Below the pieces are notes generated by a model that was not told where the DNA came from, made no database searches, and saw only the letters and a program-made list of their open reading frames with translations. Both the position numbers and the translations under genes were made by a program. A stretch of 59,831 nucleotides of DNA, counting the filler. It is 10 parts of 10 records of this genome, joined end to end, with 100 filler letters (N's around TTAATTAATTAA, not from the genome) between each part and the next. Parts side by side here need not be neighbours in the genome. Positions count along the whole stretch, not along the records: positions 24,002 to 29,674 come from SRR31156797_121703; positions 29,775 to 35,372 come from SRR31156797_121885; positions 35,473 to 40,959 come from SRR31156797_122858; 7 more parts are not named here. One strand, 5' to 3'. Positions 28,470-38,540 of the stretch are shown piece by piece. Within the stretch, counting starts at the first letter, position 1; every line of letters starts with the position of its first letter.

Positions 28470-29354
28470 TTATTCGCCGCCGGCGTCGATTCCGTAGACC
28501 TCGCGGGCCACCTGGATAAATGCCTGGATCGAGCCGATTCCCATCAGGTCCTTGTGACAGTATAGGTATTCGCCGGCCGAAAGGTCGGCATCCGAGATTG
28601 CCAAGGCGACAAGGCCGTGATCGCGGCCGACCTCCCGGTCGAGGACAAAGCCGATTCCCAAACCGCGGGCGGCCGCTTCCTTCACCGCTTCGCGGCTGCC
28701 CAGTTCCAAACGCGTGTCAAGGACGATTCCCCGTTCGGCGACGGCGTCTTCCAGGATGCTGCGAGTCATCGATCCGGTTTCGCGCATGATGCAGGGCATC
28801 TCGGCCAGTTCGGCGATCCTGACCGATCCGCGTTCGGCCCAGGCATGGCCGAGCGGCACGACGACCCTCAGGCTTTGGGTCAACAGGCGGATGCTGTGGA
28901 ATTCCTCGCGCGGCTCTTTGAGGGTGGCGATCGCGATGTCGAATTCGTGGTCCTGGACGCTGGTCGCCAGGGCTTCTGAATTGTTGATTTCGGTATCGGT
29001 GCGGATGCCCGGATAGCGCCGGACGAATTCGGCGATGATGGGAACCAGGGTAAATGGCGCGCAGGCGCCGATTTTCAGCTGGCCTTCCAGGTTGCCGGCG
29101 GTGCGGGCCGCCATGCCTTCGATTTCATCGAGGATACGGGCCATGGTGCGTACCGGACCCAGGAACTGGCGGCCGGTGTTCGATATTTCCATGGAGCGGC
29201 CCTTGCGGTGGAACAGCCGCGCCCCCAGCGCTTCTTCCAGCGCCTTGATCTGCATGGTTACCGCCGGCTTGCTGACACCCAGTTCCCGGGCCGCCGCCGA
29301 AACGCTGTTGTGGCGGACGACGGCTTCGAACGCCCGCATCTGAACGAAATTCAT
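28470..29354 (-). CDS. LysR-family transcriptional regulator
   Basis: HTH SVSAAARELGVSKPAVTMQIKALE; RETGSMTR, SREAVKEA..GLGI. Confidence 0.93.
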   Translation of the reverse strand: MNFVQMRAFEAVVRHNSVSAAARELGVSKPAVTMQIKALEEALGARLFHRKGRSMEISNTGRQFLGPVRTMARILDEIEGMAARTAGNLEGQLKIGACAPFTLVPIIAEFVRRYPGIRTDTEINNSEALATSVQDHEFDIAIATLKEPREEFHSIRLLTQSLRVVVPLGHAWAERGSVRIAELAEMPCIMRETGSMTRSILEDAVAERGIVLDTRLELGSREAVKEAAARGLGIGFVLDREVGRDHGLVALAISDADLSAGEYLYCHKDLMGIGSIQAFIQVAREVYGIDAGGE

Positions 29355-29502
29355 GTGGCCTCTTTTCGTTATCGAAGACTGGGCAGAATGATAACAGAAA
29401 TTTAACGAACAGCGAAAATGAAAGAAATTATATTAACGTTGCAGAATGGCTATTGGCCCTGCTTTCTCGCTCTCAGTTCCTTGTCCATGGGAGGACAATG
29501 CA

Positions 29503-29674
29503 ATGACTTCAAATTCGTTCCGCGCTCGTTCCGTCTTACTCGCCGGTGCCGCCGCGATGATGGTTGCCGCCGTCGCCGGGACCGCCCTGGCCCGCGATCT
29601 GGTCCTTTACACGGCGTCCAATTCGAAGATTGAAAAGGACATCATGGACGCCTTCAAGAAGGCTAATCCCGATA
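29503..29674 (+). CDS. ABC transporter substrate-binding protein, N-terminal fragment
   Basis: GGAGG RBS; signal peptide ending ALA; LVLYTA..AFKKANPD as in Fe3+/phosphonate/polyamine-type binding proteins. Confidence 0.7.
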
Positions 29675-29796
29675 NNNNNNNNNNNNNNNNNNNNNNNNNN
29701 NNNNNNNNNNNNNNNNNNTTAATTAATTAANNNNNNNNNNNNNNNNNNNNNNNNNNNNNNNNNNNNNNNNNNNNCCTTCCCCCAGCCGTCGGAGAC

Positions 29797-29841
29797 AAAA
29801 AAAGAAACCGCCCTGTCCAGCGAGAGCCGGACAGGGCGGTT
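29797..29841 (-). terminator. Rho-independent terminator of pnp
   Basis: AACCGCCCTGTCC / GGACAGGGCGGTT 13-bp stem followed by a T-rich tract on the minus strand. Confidence 0.85.
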
Positions 29842-29863
29842 GTTGAATGCGTCAGCCTATGAC

Positions 29864-32089
29864 TTAACGACGGCCGCGATTGTCGCGACGTCCGCCACCA
29901 CGGTTGTCACGACGACCGCCATTGCGGTCACCGCCACGCGGTGCGGGGCGTTTGAAGTCGTCCAGGTTTACTTCCTGACCGGCTTCTTCCATCAGCCATG
30001 CCTTGCGGGACAGACGAATGCGTCCGCCGGGCTCAAGGGAGATGCACTTGACCCAGACTTCCTGTCCGAGCTGGACAACGTCTTCGACGCGTTCAACGCG
30101 TTCAAAGTCGAGCTGGGAGATGTGCAGCATGCCTTCCATGCCGGGCAGGATTTCGACGAGTGCGCCGACTTCCAGGACTTTGCGGACAGTACCGAGATAG
30201 TTTTTACCCGGTTCGGCTTTCTGGTCGTAGTAGAGAACCATTTCTTTGGCCTTTTCCATGGATGCCATGGTCGGGGCGAAGATGGAGATCTTGCCGGAAT
30301 CTTCGATGTCGATATCAGCTTCGGTCTCAGCAGTAATGGCCTTGATATTCTTGCCGCCGGGTCCGATGACCGAGCGAATTTTTTCGGGATCGATGTGTAC
30401 GACAGCCATCTGCGGAGCCAGTTCGGACAGGGCTTCACGAGGAGCAGCCAGCTCTTCACCCATGTGGCCGAGGATATGCAGACGAGCGTCCTTGGCCTGA
30501 TGAAGGGCCTTTTTCAGTACTTCCTGAGGGATACCGGCGATCTTGATGTCCATCTGGATGGCGGTGATGCCATCCTTGGTACCGGCGACCTTGAAGTCCA
30601 TATCGCCCAATGCGTCTTCGTCACCGAGAATGTCGGTCAGAACGAAGTACTCGTCGTCTTCCTTGCACAGGCCCATGGCGATACCGGCAACCGGTTCCGC
30701 AATGGGGACACCTGCGTCCATGAGGGACAGGGTGGCGCCGCAAACGGAAGCCATGGAAGAGGAACCGTTGGATTCCATGATTTCGGAGACAACGCGGATG
30801 GTGAACGGAAACTCTTCTGGGTTCGGGAGAACCGGAGTCAGAGCGCGTTCAGCAAGTGCTCCGTGGCCAACTTCACGGCGGGAGGTGCCGCGCAGCATGC
30901 GGGCTTCACCGACGCAGTACGGCGGGAAGTTGTAATGCAGCATGAAGCGCTTGGTGGCATCGCCGAGCAGAGAGTCGTAACGCTGCTCATCACGGGTGGA
31001 ACCGAGAGTGGCAACAGCCAGTGCGGAAGTTTCACCGCGGCGGAACAGTACGGAGCCGTGAGTCTGGCTCAGTACGCCGGTCTCGATGGAGAGCGGGCGA
31101 ACAGTCGTGGTGTCACGACCGTCGATGCGCAAACCTTCTTTAACGATGCGTTCACGCACGAGCTTTTTGGTGATGTCACCGACAATGCCGCTGACTGCCT
31201 TGAGCTTTGCCTCGTCCTCGGGGAACTTCTCGGCGACAGCTTCTTTGGCTTTTTCTTTGGCAGCGTCTTTGGCTGCGTAGCGAACCATCTTTTCGGGAGT
31301 GGTCACTGCGGCCTGGATATCATCAGTGATGAAGTCACCGAGGAAGGAAACAAGTTCTTCGTCCTGCTTGGGTGCTTCGACTTCAAGCTTGGCAACGCCG
31401 ACCTTTTCGCGGAGCTGATCCTGCAGGTCGAAAAGCGGAGCAACTTGTTCGTGTCCCCAAGCCAGAGCATCGGCAACGAGGTCTTCGGAGACGAACTTGC
31501 CGCCACCTTCTACCATGACCATGGCTTCGCGAGTGGCCGCGAAAACGAGGTTCAGGGAGGACTCGTTGTCTGCCTGTGTGTATGAGGGGTTGAGAATAAA
31601 CTCGTTGTTGATGAACCCAACGCGAGCTCCCACAATGGGGCCGAGGAAAGGCATTTTGGAGATGTGGCAGGCCGCAGAGGCACCAGTCACAGCCAAGACA
31701 TCCGGATTGACATGCTTGTCAGCGGACAGAACCGTGGCAATGATCTGGACTTCGTCAGCGAAGCCTTTCTCAAACAGGGGGCGGATGGGGCGGTCAATGA
31801 GGCGGCAGATCAGCGTCTCGCGTTCGGACGGACGGCCTTCACGACGGAAGTAGTTGCCCGGTACGCGACCAGCGGCATACGCCATTTCCTGATAGTTACA
31901 GGTGAGAGGGAAGAAGCCGCGATCAATAGCCAGGGGCTGGGTCACGGCGGTGACCAAAACAGTGGTGTTGCCGGACGAGATCGTCACGGCGCCACTTGCT
32001 TGGCGGGCATACTTGCCAGTTTCGATGGTGATGTCCATTCCGCCGACCGTTGCGGTCATGCTTGTGGCATCAAAAGGAATCATCGTCAT
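29864..32089 (-). CDS. pnp: Polyribonucleotide nucleotidyltransferase
   Basis: RLIDRPIRPLF, RREVGHG, ESNGSSSMASVC, DMDFKVAG, KH and S1 domains. Confidence 0.98.
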   Translation of the reverse strand: MTMIPFDATSMTATVGGMDITIETGKYARQASGAVTISSGNTTVLVTAVTQPLAIDRGFFPLTCNYQEMAYAAGRVPGNYFRREGRPSERETLICRLIDRPIRPLFEKGFADEVQIIATVLSADKHVNPDVLAVTGASAACHISKMPFLGPIVGARVGFINNEFILNPSYTQADNESSLNLVFAATREAMVMVEGGGKFVSEDLVADALAWGHEQVAPLFDLQDQLREKVGVAKLEVEAPKQDEELVSFLGDFITDDIQAAVTTPEKMVRYAAKDAAKEKAKEAVAEKFPEDEAKLKAVSGIVGDITKKLVRERIVKEGLRIDGRDTTTVRPLSIETGVLSQTHGSVLFRRGETSALAVATLGSTRDEQRYDSLLGDATKRFMLHYNFPPYCVGEARMLRGTSRREVGHGALAERALTPVLPNPEEFPFTIRVVSEIMESNGSSSMASVCGATLSLMDAGVPIAEPVAGIAMGLCKEDDEYFVLTDILGDEDALGDMDFKVAGTKDGITAIQMDIKIAGIPQEVLKKALHQAKDARLHILGHMGEELAAPREALSELAPQMAVVHIDPEKIRSVIGPGGKNIKAITAETEADIDIEDSGKISIFAPTMASMEKAKEMVLYYDQKAEPGKNYLGTVRKVLEVGALVEILPGMEGMLHISQLDFERVERVEDVVQLGQEVWVKCISLEPGGRIRLSRKAWLMEEAGQEVNLDDFKRPAPRGGDRNGGRRDNRGGGRRDNRGRR

Positions 32090-32287
32090 AGTGATTTCCT
32101 ACCTTATTACAGTAATAGGTGAACCACTTCCTGCGTATCCCTCGAATTGGGTTAGCCGGCTTGGGAAAGGACTTTTGGAATATTCGATTGAATCAATTCC
32201 AAAAACGCCTTCCGCAGCCAACTAAGCTAAAGCGTGAGGGTGGCTCGGAGCGCAAAGACGGCTCCGTCGCAGAAAGTGACATAGTAT

Positions 32288-32311
32288 GAGGGGAGGCTAG
32301 TGCCTCCCCTC
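32288..32311 (-). terminator. Hairpin downstream of rpsO
   Basis: GAGGGGAGGC / GCCTCCCCTC 10-bp stem; weak U-tract. Confidence 0.6.
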
Positions 32312-32332
32312 GTAAACTCAATTTTTAAAGAA

Positions 32333-32602
32333 CTACTTGCGCAGACCAAGGCGGCCAATGAGGTCGCGGTAGCGCTGAATGTCTTTGTTTGCGAGGTACT
32401 TCAGCAGTTTTCTACGCTGGCCGACCATCTTGAGCAGACCAGTACGGGAGTGGTGGTCTTTTTTGTGGGCCTTGAAGTGATCGGCCAGGTACTTGATGCG
32501 TGCGGTCAGCAGCGCAACCTGAACCTCAGGGGAACCGGTATCACCTTCACAGGTTTTGTACTCTTCAATAATTTTCAGCTTTTCTTCAGCAGTCATAACC
32601 AC
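32333..32602 (-). CDS. rpsO: 30S ribosomal protein S15
   Basis: [31 protein letters not shown] start with GGAGG. Confidence 0.98.
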   Translation of the reverse strand: MVMTAEEKLKIIEEYKTCEGDTGSPEVQVALLTARIKYLADHFKAHKKDHHSRTGLLKMVGQRRKLLKYLANKDIQRYRDLIGRLGLRK

Positions 32603-32663
32603 AGCGCTATCCTCCTATTTGGGGGTTGATGTATATTTTGCTGTTTGTTCAGTCTTGAAGCGT

Positions 32664-33605
32664 TCAGTCCTGGTTCCATAGTCCTCGAAGAATTGACCAC
32701 TTGGGCTTTTCATTCTGGAGTTTTGCCTCAACCAGTGCCAGCGGAGTCTCGTCAGTGTCGAGCAACATGGCTCGATCGCCGAGTTCCCCGGCCAGCAGTT
32801 CGCCCGGTTGATCATTGACCGGCAGCCAGGCCCCGTTTTTCACGAGTCCTGCCAGCGGTTCGGTCAATTGATACCGAGGCCAGTGAGGGAGAGTGTCCTT
32901 TAAGGGGATCACTCTGTCCGGAAATGAATCCGGATTTTCCAGAACGTCTTCGAGGTCAAGGGCCTGATCGAGCCGGAAAGGCTCGCTCGATTCCCGGACC
33001 AGGCTGGTCAGTGTCGCGCCGCACCCCATTCGTGTCCCCAAGCTGTGGACCAGGGAACGTATGTAAGTACCGGCGGAGCAACTGACCCTGAATGATGCTT
33101 CAGGCATCTGAACGTCTAGCGCTTCCACATGAGAAATAACAATGGGCTTAATTTTGACCGGTGTTTCCTTGCCTTCACGGGCCAAGGCATACAACGGCTT
33201 ACCCTTGTGTTTGGCAGCCGAATAGGCAGGAACTTCCTGCTCTGTCAACTCTTTCCAATATAAAATTTCGCGTTTGACATCATCGACCGTGACGTCAACG
33301 GGTGTTTCTTTGGTTACTTCCCCTTGAATATCAAGGGTATCCGTAGTTATTCCGAGTCTAAATGTGCCGGAATAGGTTTTGGTTCCGCCACTCAGGTACG
33401 GCGCAAGCTTGGTACCGTGTCCGAGAAGGACCAGAAGTACACCTTGTGCCATGGGATCAAGGGTTCCACCATGGCCAATTTTGTACTGCTTGAGTTGGTG
33501 TTTGATGTCATTCAGGCAGCCAGCCGAAGTCGGACCGGAGGGTTTGTTTAAAATGAGCAACCCGTCACGTTGTTCTGGGCTTCTTTTTTTACGTCTGCGA
33601 CCCAT
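32664..33605 (-). CDS. truB: tRNA pseudouridine(55) synthase
   Basis: NKPSGPTS, GHGGTLDP, PAYSA.K, CSAGTYIRSL. Confidence 0.96.
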   Translation of the reverse strand: MGRRRKKRSPEQRDGLLILNKPSGPTSAGCLNDIKHQLKQYKIGHGGTLDPMAQGVLLVLLGHGTKLAPYLSGGTKTYSGTFRLGITTDTLDIQGEVTKETPVDVTVDDVKREILYWKELTEQEVPAYSAAKHKGKPLYALAREGKETPVKIKPIVISHVEALDVQMPEASFRVSCSAGTYIRSLVHSLGTRMGCGATLTSLVRESSEPFRLDQALDLEDVLENPDSFPDRVIPLKDTLPHWPRYQLTEPLAGLVKNGAWLPVNDQPGELLAGELGDRAMLLDTDETPLALVEAKLQNEKPKWSILRGLWNQD

Positions 33606-34583
33606 TTAGTTGATCCTCAGAGATTCGTTGATTGCGGTAATAAGCATGTCCTTGGCCTGCGCGAGTGGTGCAGTGATGGTTCCACCCGATGCATTTTTGT
33701 GCCCGCCCCCACCGAATGTGGCAGCGACTTTCTGAACGTTATCTTCGCCATAGGAGCGCAGAGAAAATTTGTAGGTATCAACGTCTTCTTCTCGAAATGT
33801 GACGGCAACGCGTACGGATTTGAGTCGGCGGAGGAAATTGATAATATTTTCAGTATCCGCAGAAGTGGTGCCTGTTCGTTTGAACATTTCTTTTGTGATG
33901 ACTGTGGTCGCTACCAACTTGTCATCGGTCAATTCTACGCTATTCATGGCTTCGGTCCATAAGCGCATTCTGTTTTCAGACCATTGTTTGGTGATGGCCA
34001 TGTTCATGCTGGCTATATCAAGTCCATTACGAAGCATATCTGCTGCCAGTTCCAAAGATTCCGGCGTGGTGGAACCATAAGTAAAGAATCCTGTGTCCGT
34101 GGCCACGGCCAGATAGATGTTTTCAGCCAGAGGACCGGTCAACGGAATATCCAAATCCTGAGCAAGCAGGGCAACCATGGATCCAACGGCAGGCTGGGTG
34201 TGGTCAACCCAGTTTTCAACACCGAATTCGTCATTGCCGAGATGGTGATCGATGTTGAGGAAATGAGTTTCGTCAGACCGTGAGGACAGCATGTTGCCCA
34301 TACGCTCCTTGGCTCCGCAATCCAGAACAATGGTCCATTTGGGCATTGTTTCGGGCAGAGTGTTTTGAATGGGGGCAGGCTGACGAGCAAACCCATATCG
34401 TTTCGGAAGACCTGATTGATTGAACAGCGTGAATCGTTTCCCGAGTGCTGTGAGTATATGACCCACAGCGCAAAGGGAACCGATAGCATCCCCGTCAGGG
34501 TTATAATGCGAAGCGACCAGGAAATCGTCCTGATCTCGAATGATGTCGATAATCCTATGCACTGGGTTTCCCGTAGACAACAT
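33606..34583 (-). CDS. nrnA: DHH/DHHA1 phosphoesterase (NrnA-like oligoribonuclease / pAp phosphatase)
   Basis: HYNPDGDAIGS, LDC, IDHH, TDTG.F, SLRS, GGGGHKNASG; start uncertain (34583, 34574 or 34562). Confidence 0.88.
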   Translation of the reverse strand: MLSTGNPVHRIIDIIRDQDDFLVASHYNPDGDAIGSLCAVGHILTALGKRFTLFNQSGLPKRYGFARQPAPIQNTLPETMPKWTIVLDCGAKERMGNMLSSRSDETHFLNIDHHLGNDEFGVENWVDHTQPAVGSMVALLAQDLDIPLTGPLAENIYLAVATDTGFFTYGSTTPESLELAADMLRNGLDIASMNMAITKQWSENRMRLWTEAMNSVELTDDKLVATTVITKEMFKRTGTTSADTENIINFLRRLKSVRVAVTFREEDVDTYKFSLRSYGEDNVQKVAATFGGGGHKNASGGTITAPLAQAKDMLITAINESLRIN

Positions 34584-34890
34584 CCTCAAGAAAATCGTCA
34601 AAGACGAATCGGAGTTCCGGGATGAATTGCAGTTTGAGGTTGCGTCCCAAACGAGAACGGAGAAAACCAGAGGCCTTTTCCAGACCCGTTTGAACTTCCT
34701 TACGGTGTTCTGTATCACCGGAAACAGTGTAGAAAATTTCGGCAATGCGAAGGTTAGCGTTCATTCGAACACCGGACAGGGTGACAAGCTGCAACCGAGG
34801 GTCGGCTGCTTCTTCCACCAGCAGGGTGCCTACTTCGCGCATAATCTGGTCGCCCATGCGGACGGCTCTGCGAGAACTTGATGCCTTCAT
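34555..34890 (-). CDS. rbfA: Ribosome-binding factor A
   Basis: DPRL..VT, ASGFLR..L, PELRF..D; position in the infB operon. Confidence 0.95.
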   Translation of the reverse strand: MKASSSRRAVRMGDQIMREVGTLLVEEAADPRLQLVTLSGVRMNANLRIAEIFYTVSGDTEHRKEVQTGLEKASGFLRSRLGRNLKLQFIPELRFVFDDFLEDVVYGKPSA

Positions 34891-34901
34891 TGTGTATATC
34901 C

Positions 34902-35195
34902 TTAATCAGAGTCAGAGAAAATTTCAGTGTTGCACCGGATCAATTCCGCCGGTGAGATGGCTTCGACCATTGAGAGCGCCTTGGCAAGCCGGCTTTCGAC
35001 TCGTTCTGTGGCATTGGCTGTCGTGACAACTCCCAACACCAACTTGTCGTGGACGTCCATGGCCTCGATCTCTGCAACAGATACATTGAATTTGTTGCGC
35101 AGTTTTTGTTTCAGACTCAGCGCCACCTTGCGTTTTCCCTTGAGGGACCGGTTGCCGTGTAGTCTGAATTCGAGGTGTAAGATGCCTATTATCAT
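34902..35195 (-). CDS. DUF503 (YlxP-like) protein
   Basis: SLKGKR, KFNVSVAE; lies between infB and rbfA. Confidence 0.9.
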   Translation of the reverse strand: MIIGILHLEFRLHGNRSLKGKRKVALSLKQKLRNKFNVSVAEIEAMDVHDKLVLGVVTTANATERVESRLAKALSMVEAISPAELIRCNTEIFSDSD

Positions 35196-35220
35196 ACTTG
35201 CTCCCCCGAATAAATAAATA

Positions 35221-35250
35221 CGGGCGGCCTATTATGCAATAGGCCGCCCG
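35221..35250 (-). terminator. Hairpin after infB
   Basis: Perfect 13-bp stem CGGGCGGCCTATT / AATAGGCCGCCCG followed by ATTTATTT on the minus strand. Confidence 0.65.
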
Positions 35251-35269
35251 AAGTTTTATATCGATTATG

Positions 35270-35372
35270 CTAGTCGATGGTACGAGCGACTTCTTTGGTC
35301 TCGAAGGCTTCGATGGCATCGCCGACTTTGATGTCGTTGAATTTCTCGAGGCCGATACCGCACTCGTAGCCC
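35270..35372 (-). CDS. infB: Translation initiation factor IF-2, C-terminal fragment
   Basis: Manual translation [33 protein letters not shown]. Confidence 0.95.
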
Positions 35373-35472
35373 NNNNNNNNNNNNNNNNNNNNNNNNNNNN
35401 NNNNNNNNNNNNNNNNTTAATTAATTAANNNNNNNNNNNNNNNNNNNNNNNNNNNNNNNNNNNNNNNNNNNN

Positions 35473-35826
35473 GAAAAACCTGTACTTGGTATTTGTGCCG
35501 GACACCACGTTACCGGTTTTATGTACGGCTCTACACTTCTTCGTAGTAAAGAACCGGAATCGGGCAATTGTGAAGTTGAGATTATTAAGGATGATCCTCT
35601 TTTTAATGGATTACCCAAAACTTTTATGGTGCATCAAATGCATAACGATTCTGTTACCCTGCCCGAAGCGTTTGAACTTCTGATTACCTCTCCAACCTGT
35701 AAAAACCAACTAATGAAACATCGGATTAAACCGCATTATACATGTCAGTTTCACCCAGAGTTTCATAATCATCATTTAATTCGTAATTTTATCTCAATAT
35801 GCCAAGAAAAAAGCCATCTGCAGTAA
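35473..35826 (+). CDS. Type 1 glutamine amidotransferase, 5' truncated
   Basis: KPVLGICAGH, QMHNDSV, QFHPE. Confidence 0.85.
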   Translation, partial: EKPVLGICAGHHVTGFMYGSTLLRSKEPESGNCEVEIIKDDPLFNGLPKTFMVHQMHNDSVTLPEAFELLITSPTCKNQLMKHRIKPHYTCQFHPEFHNHHLIRNFISICQEKSHLQ

Positions 35827-35865
35827 TGCAAATGGCTTTTTGAATTGATTGATAATAAATTACAA

Positions 35866-37554
35866 CTAACTCTTTTTAATATCGTCGAATTCGGCACCTT
35901 GCTCGTGTACAGTGTTAACAGCACGGCCCGAAGGATCGGCATTGTTTTGAAAAGATTTATCCCATTCCAAAGCAGCAGCAGTACTACACGCAATCGATGC
36001 TTCGGAAGGCACACATGAGGCGGCAGCATCTGATGGGAAATGCTCGCTATAAATTTCGCGATACAAATATTCTTCCTTATTCATTGGAGGATTTACAGGG
36101 AAACGGTATTTCGCGTTTTCCATCATTTCATCGGTTACCTTATCATTTGCAATTTGTTTTAAGGTATCTATCCAGCCATAACCAACACCATCCGAGAACT
36201 GTTCTTTTTGTCTCCAGGCCACTTCTTCCGGTAAATATCCGGCAAATCCTTCGCGTAAACAATGTTTCTCCATTTTACCATTTTTTGCCATCTTATCTTC
36301 CGGGTTAAAACGCATGGCCACATCCAAAAATTCTTTATCCAGGAAAGGAACACGTCCTTCAACCCCCCAGGCAGCTAATGATTTGTTTGCACGCAAACAG
36401 TCGTACATGTTTAAACGCCGTACTTTTCGCACACATTCTTTATGGAACTCTTCGGCGTTAGGTGCTTTATGAAAATAAAGGTAACCGCCAAAAATTTCAT
36501 CGGCTCCCTCACCGGTAAGTACCATTTTTATACCCATCGATTTAATGACACGCGATATCATATACATTGGTGTTGATGCACGAACCGTGGTTACATCGTA
36601 GGTTTCAATATGGTAAATTACATCCCGGATGGCATCCAGTCCTTCTTGTATTGTATAATTAATCTCATGATGTACGGTTCCGATATGATCGGCCACTTTT
36701 CGGGCAGCAGCTAAATCGGGCGAACCTTCCAATCCAATTACAAACGAGTGCAATTGCGGCCACCACGCGTCTTTTGTTCCACCTTCTTCAATTCGTTTAC
36801 CAGAGAATTTTTTGGCTAATGCTGAAGTAATCGAAGAATCCAATCCTCCTGAAAGTAAAACACCGTATGGAACATCCGACATCAACTGCCGCTGAACCGC
36901 ATCTTCTAAGGATTGAGACAATTCTTCAATGCTCGCAGGATTTTCTTTTACATTCTCGTATTCTTCCCATTCGCGTACGTGCCATTTTTTATATTCTCCT
37001 TCTTTGCTGTACAAATAATGCCCAGGAGGAAACTCTTCTATCTTTTTACAAAATCCTTCTAACGATTTTAGTTCTGAAGCCACGTAAAAGTTACCCCATT
37101 TATCCCACCCCTGGTATAAAGGAATAATTCCAATGTGGTCGCGACCGATTAAATATGCATCGTTTTCTTCATCGTAAAGTGCAAAAGCAAAAATACCGTT
37201 TAAATCATCCAGAAATGCTTCCTTTTTTTCGTTGTATAGGGCCAAAATTACCTCACAATCGGAGCCGGTTTGAAACTGGTACTTTCCTTCATACTGTTTT
37301 CTAATCTCTTGATGGTTGTAGATTTCACCGTTTACGCCAAGAATCAACTTTTTATCTTTGCTGTAAAGCGGTTGACCACCTGATTCCGGGTCAACAATTG
37401 AAAGACGCTCGTGAGCAATAACCGCTTTTTCTCCACAATAAATTCCCGACCAGTCAGGCCCGCGGTGACGAACTTTTTTACTCATCATCAGCACCTGCGG
37501 GCGTAAATCCTGTGCCTTTACTTTTAGATCGAAAACTCCTACAATTCCACACAT
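35866..37554 (-). CDS. asnB: Asparagine synthetase B
   Basis: MCGI, HRGPDWSG, HERLSIVD, NGEIYNH, LLSGGLDSS, GEGADE, RQKEQFSDGVG. Confidence 0.97.
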   Translation of the reverse strand: MCGIVGVFDLKVKAQDLRPQVLMMSKKVRHRGPDWSGIYCGEKAVIAHERLSIVDPESGGQPLYSKDKKLILGVNGEIYNHQEIRKQYEGKYQFQTGSDCEVILALYNEKKEAFLDDLNGIFAFALYDEENDAYLIGRDHIGIIPLYQGWDKWGNFYVASELKSLEGFCKKIEEFPPGHYLYSKEGEYKKWHVREWEEYENVKENPASIEELSQSLEDAVQRQLMSDVPYGVLLSGGLDSSITSALAKKFSGKRIEEGGTKDAWWPQLHSFVIGLEGSPDLAAARKVADHIGTVHHEINYTIQEGLDAIRDVIYHIETYDVTTVRASTPMYMISRVIKSMGIKMVLTGEGADEIFGGYLYFHKAPNAEEFHKECVRKVRRLNMYDCLRANKSLAAWGVEGRVPFLDKEFLDVAMRFNPEDKMAKNGKMEKHCLREGFAGYLPEEVAWRQKEQFSDGVGYGWIDTLKQIANDKVTDEMMENAKYRFPVNPPMNKEEYLYREIYSEHFPSDAAASCVPSEASIACSTAAALEWDKSFQNNADPSGRAVNTVHEQGAEFDDIKKS

Positions 37555-37591
37555 ATCTCTTAAATCTTTTTAGCTGTTACTTATTTTGCCT

Positions 37592-37621
37592 CAAAAATAA
37601 CCACTTTGTCAATACGACAAA
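37592..37621 (-). promoter_or_regulatory. Bacteroidota-type primary-sigma promoter of asnB
   Basis: TTTG (37621-37618), 18 nt, then TATTTTTG matching TAnnTTTG. Confidence 0.5.
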
Positions 37622-38180
37622 ACTATTCCTGACATTTTTCCACACATTTTAACATTTGGCTATCATAATTTACACCAGACCCCTTTTCTAAAACCAAAAT
37701 AACAACGACAAAAATCACAAACACCCCCAAATTTGACACATCATATTTAATAAAAGTACCATTTTTAACACACCACCCCCAACAAAACCAGCCCAATGCT
37801 TTGCAATTACCACTTTTTACAGAATAAAGCTACTTAATGATCAACAATATCAGTTGGGCATCTATGAAAATATTACATTAACCATTTGTTAAGCAAATAT
37901 TTCTCCGGAGAAAAAAAAGTTTAGGAATTTTATAAAAGATCAGGTTAATTGTTACGGAACAAAGCTTAGCACAAAACTAAAGTGTGTTCCTAACCAAACG
38001 CAAGAGTTGAAAGACAAGGTTACACTTATCGATATGCAGAAGAAAAAGACACTTAATATGGTAGAACCTGATTCTAAGGTAAAAGAACTAATGAAAGGAC
38101 TTGACTGGTAGAAACGTGATGGTTATAAAACAGATGGGCACACCACATCAGCCAATAAAATAAAGTTTGCACTTGCTCAC

Positions 38181-38480
38181 CTACAAAAATCTTATTTGAA
38201 TGTTGTCTCCCTCTTGTTCCAGAGTAAATTGCCCTTTATTTTGAATGGTTGCTTCAATTTTGCTGCATTCGGCCGAAAGATTGGTGAATATGTTATCCCG
38301 GTCTTTTTCCAATGCATCCTGATGAAAATAACAAAACAAGTTATTATTTTCCTTCTCATCAAATTGAATAAGGAAAGCTCCATGCTCAGGAAAAACCAGG
38401 TCTTCATACGCATAGGTAATTTCAAGGCCAGTTGCGCTAGCTACAATTTGCCTTACGGCTTCAAGATCTCTGTAATTCAT
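38181..38480 (-). CDS. Hypothetical protein (99 aa)
   Basis: MNYRDLEAVRQIV..EITYAYEDLVF..FLIQFD; co-oriented with the two upstream small genes. Confidence 0.7.
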   Translation of the reverse strand: MNYRDLEAVRQIVASATGLEITYAYEDLVFPEHGAFLIQFDEKENNNLFCYFHQDALEKDRDNIFTNLSAECSKIEATIQNKGQFTLEQEGDNIQIRFL

Positions 38481-38484
38481 ATAA

Positions 38485-38505
38485 AAGTCAGAAGTCGGAA
38501 GTCGA
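38485..38505. repeat. 3 x 7-bp imperfect tandem repeat
   Basis: AAGTCAG AAGTCGG AAGTCGA, directly upstream of the 38480 start codon. Confidence 0.5.
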
Positions 38506-38540
38506 AAAACCAAAATTTTCGTTCTTCCGGGATTAATTAA

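Noticed and set aside
29840-31585. Long antisense or alternate-frame ORFs (also 5253-6716, 7138-8049, 19072-20238, 42943-44214, 56709-58016, 57923-59500)
   Set aside because: Shadow ORFs of well-supported genes in GC-rich DNA with no recognisable motifs.
38034-38111. 25-aa plus-strand ORF MQKKKTLNMVEPDSKVKELMKGLDW in the asnB upstream gap
   Set aside because: Too short, with no recognisable motif or supporting signal.
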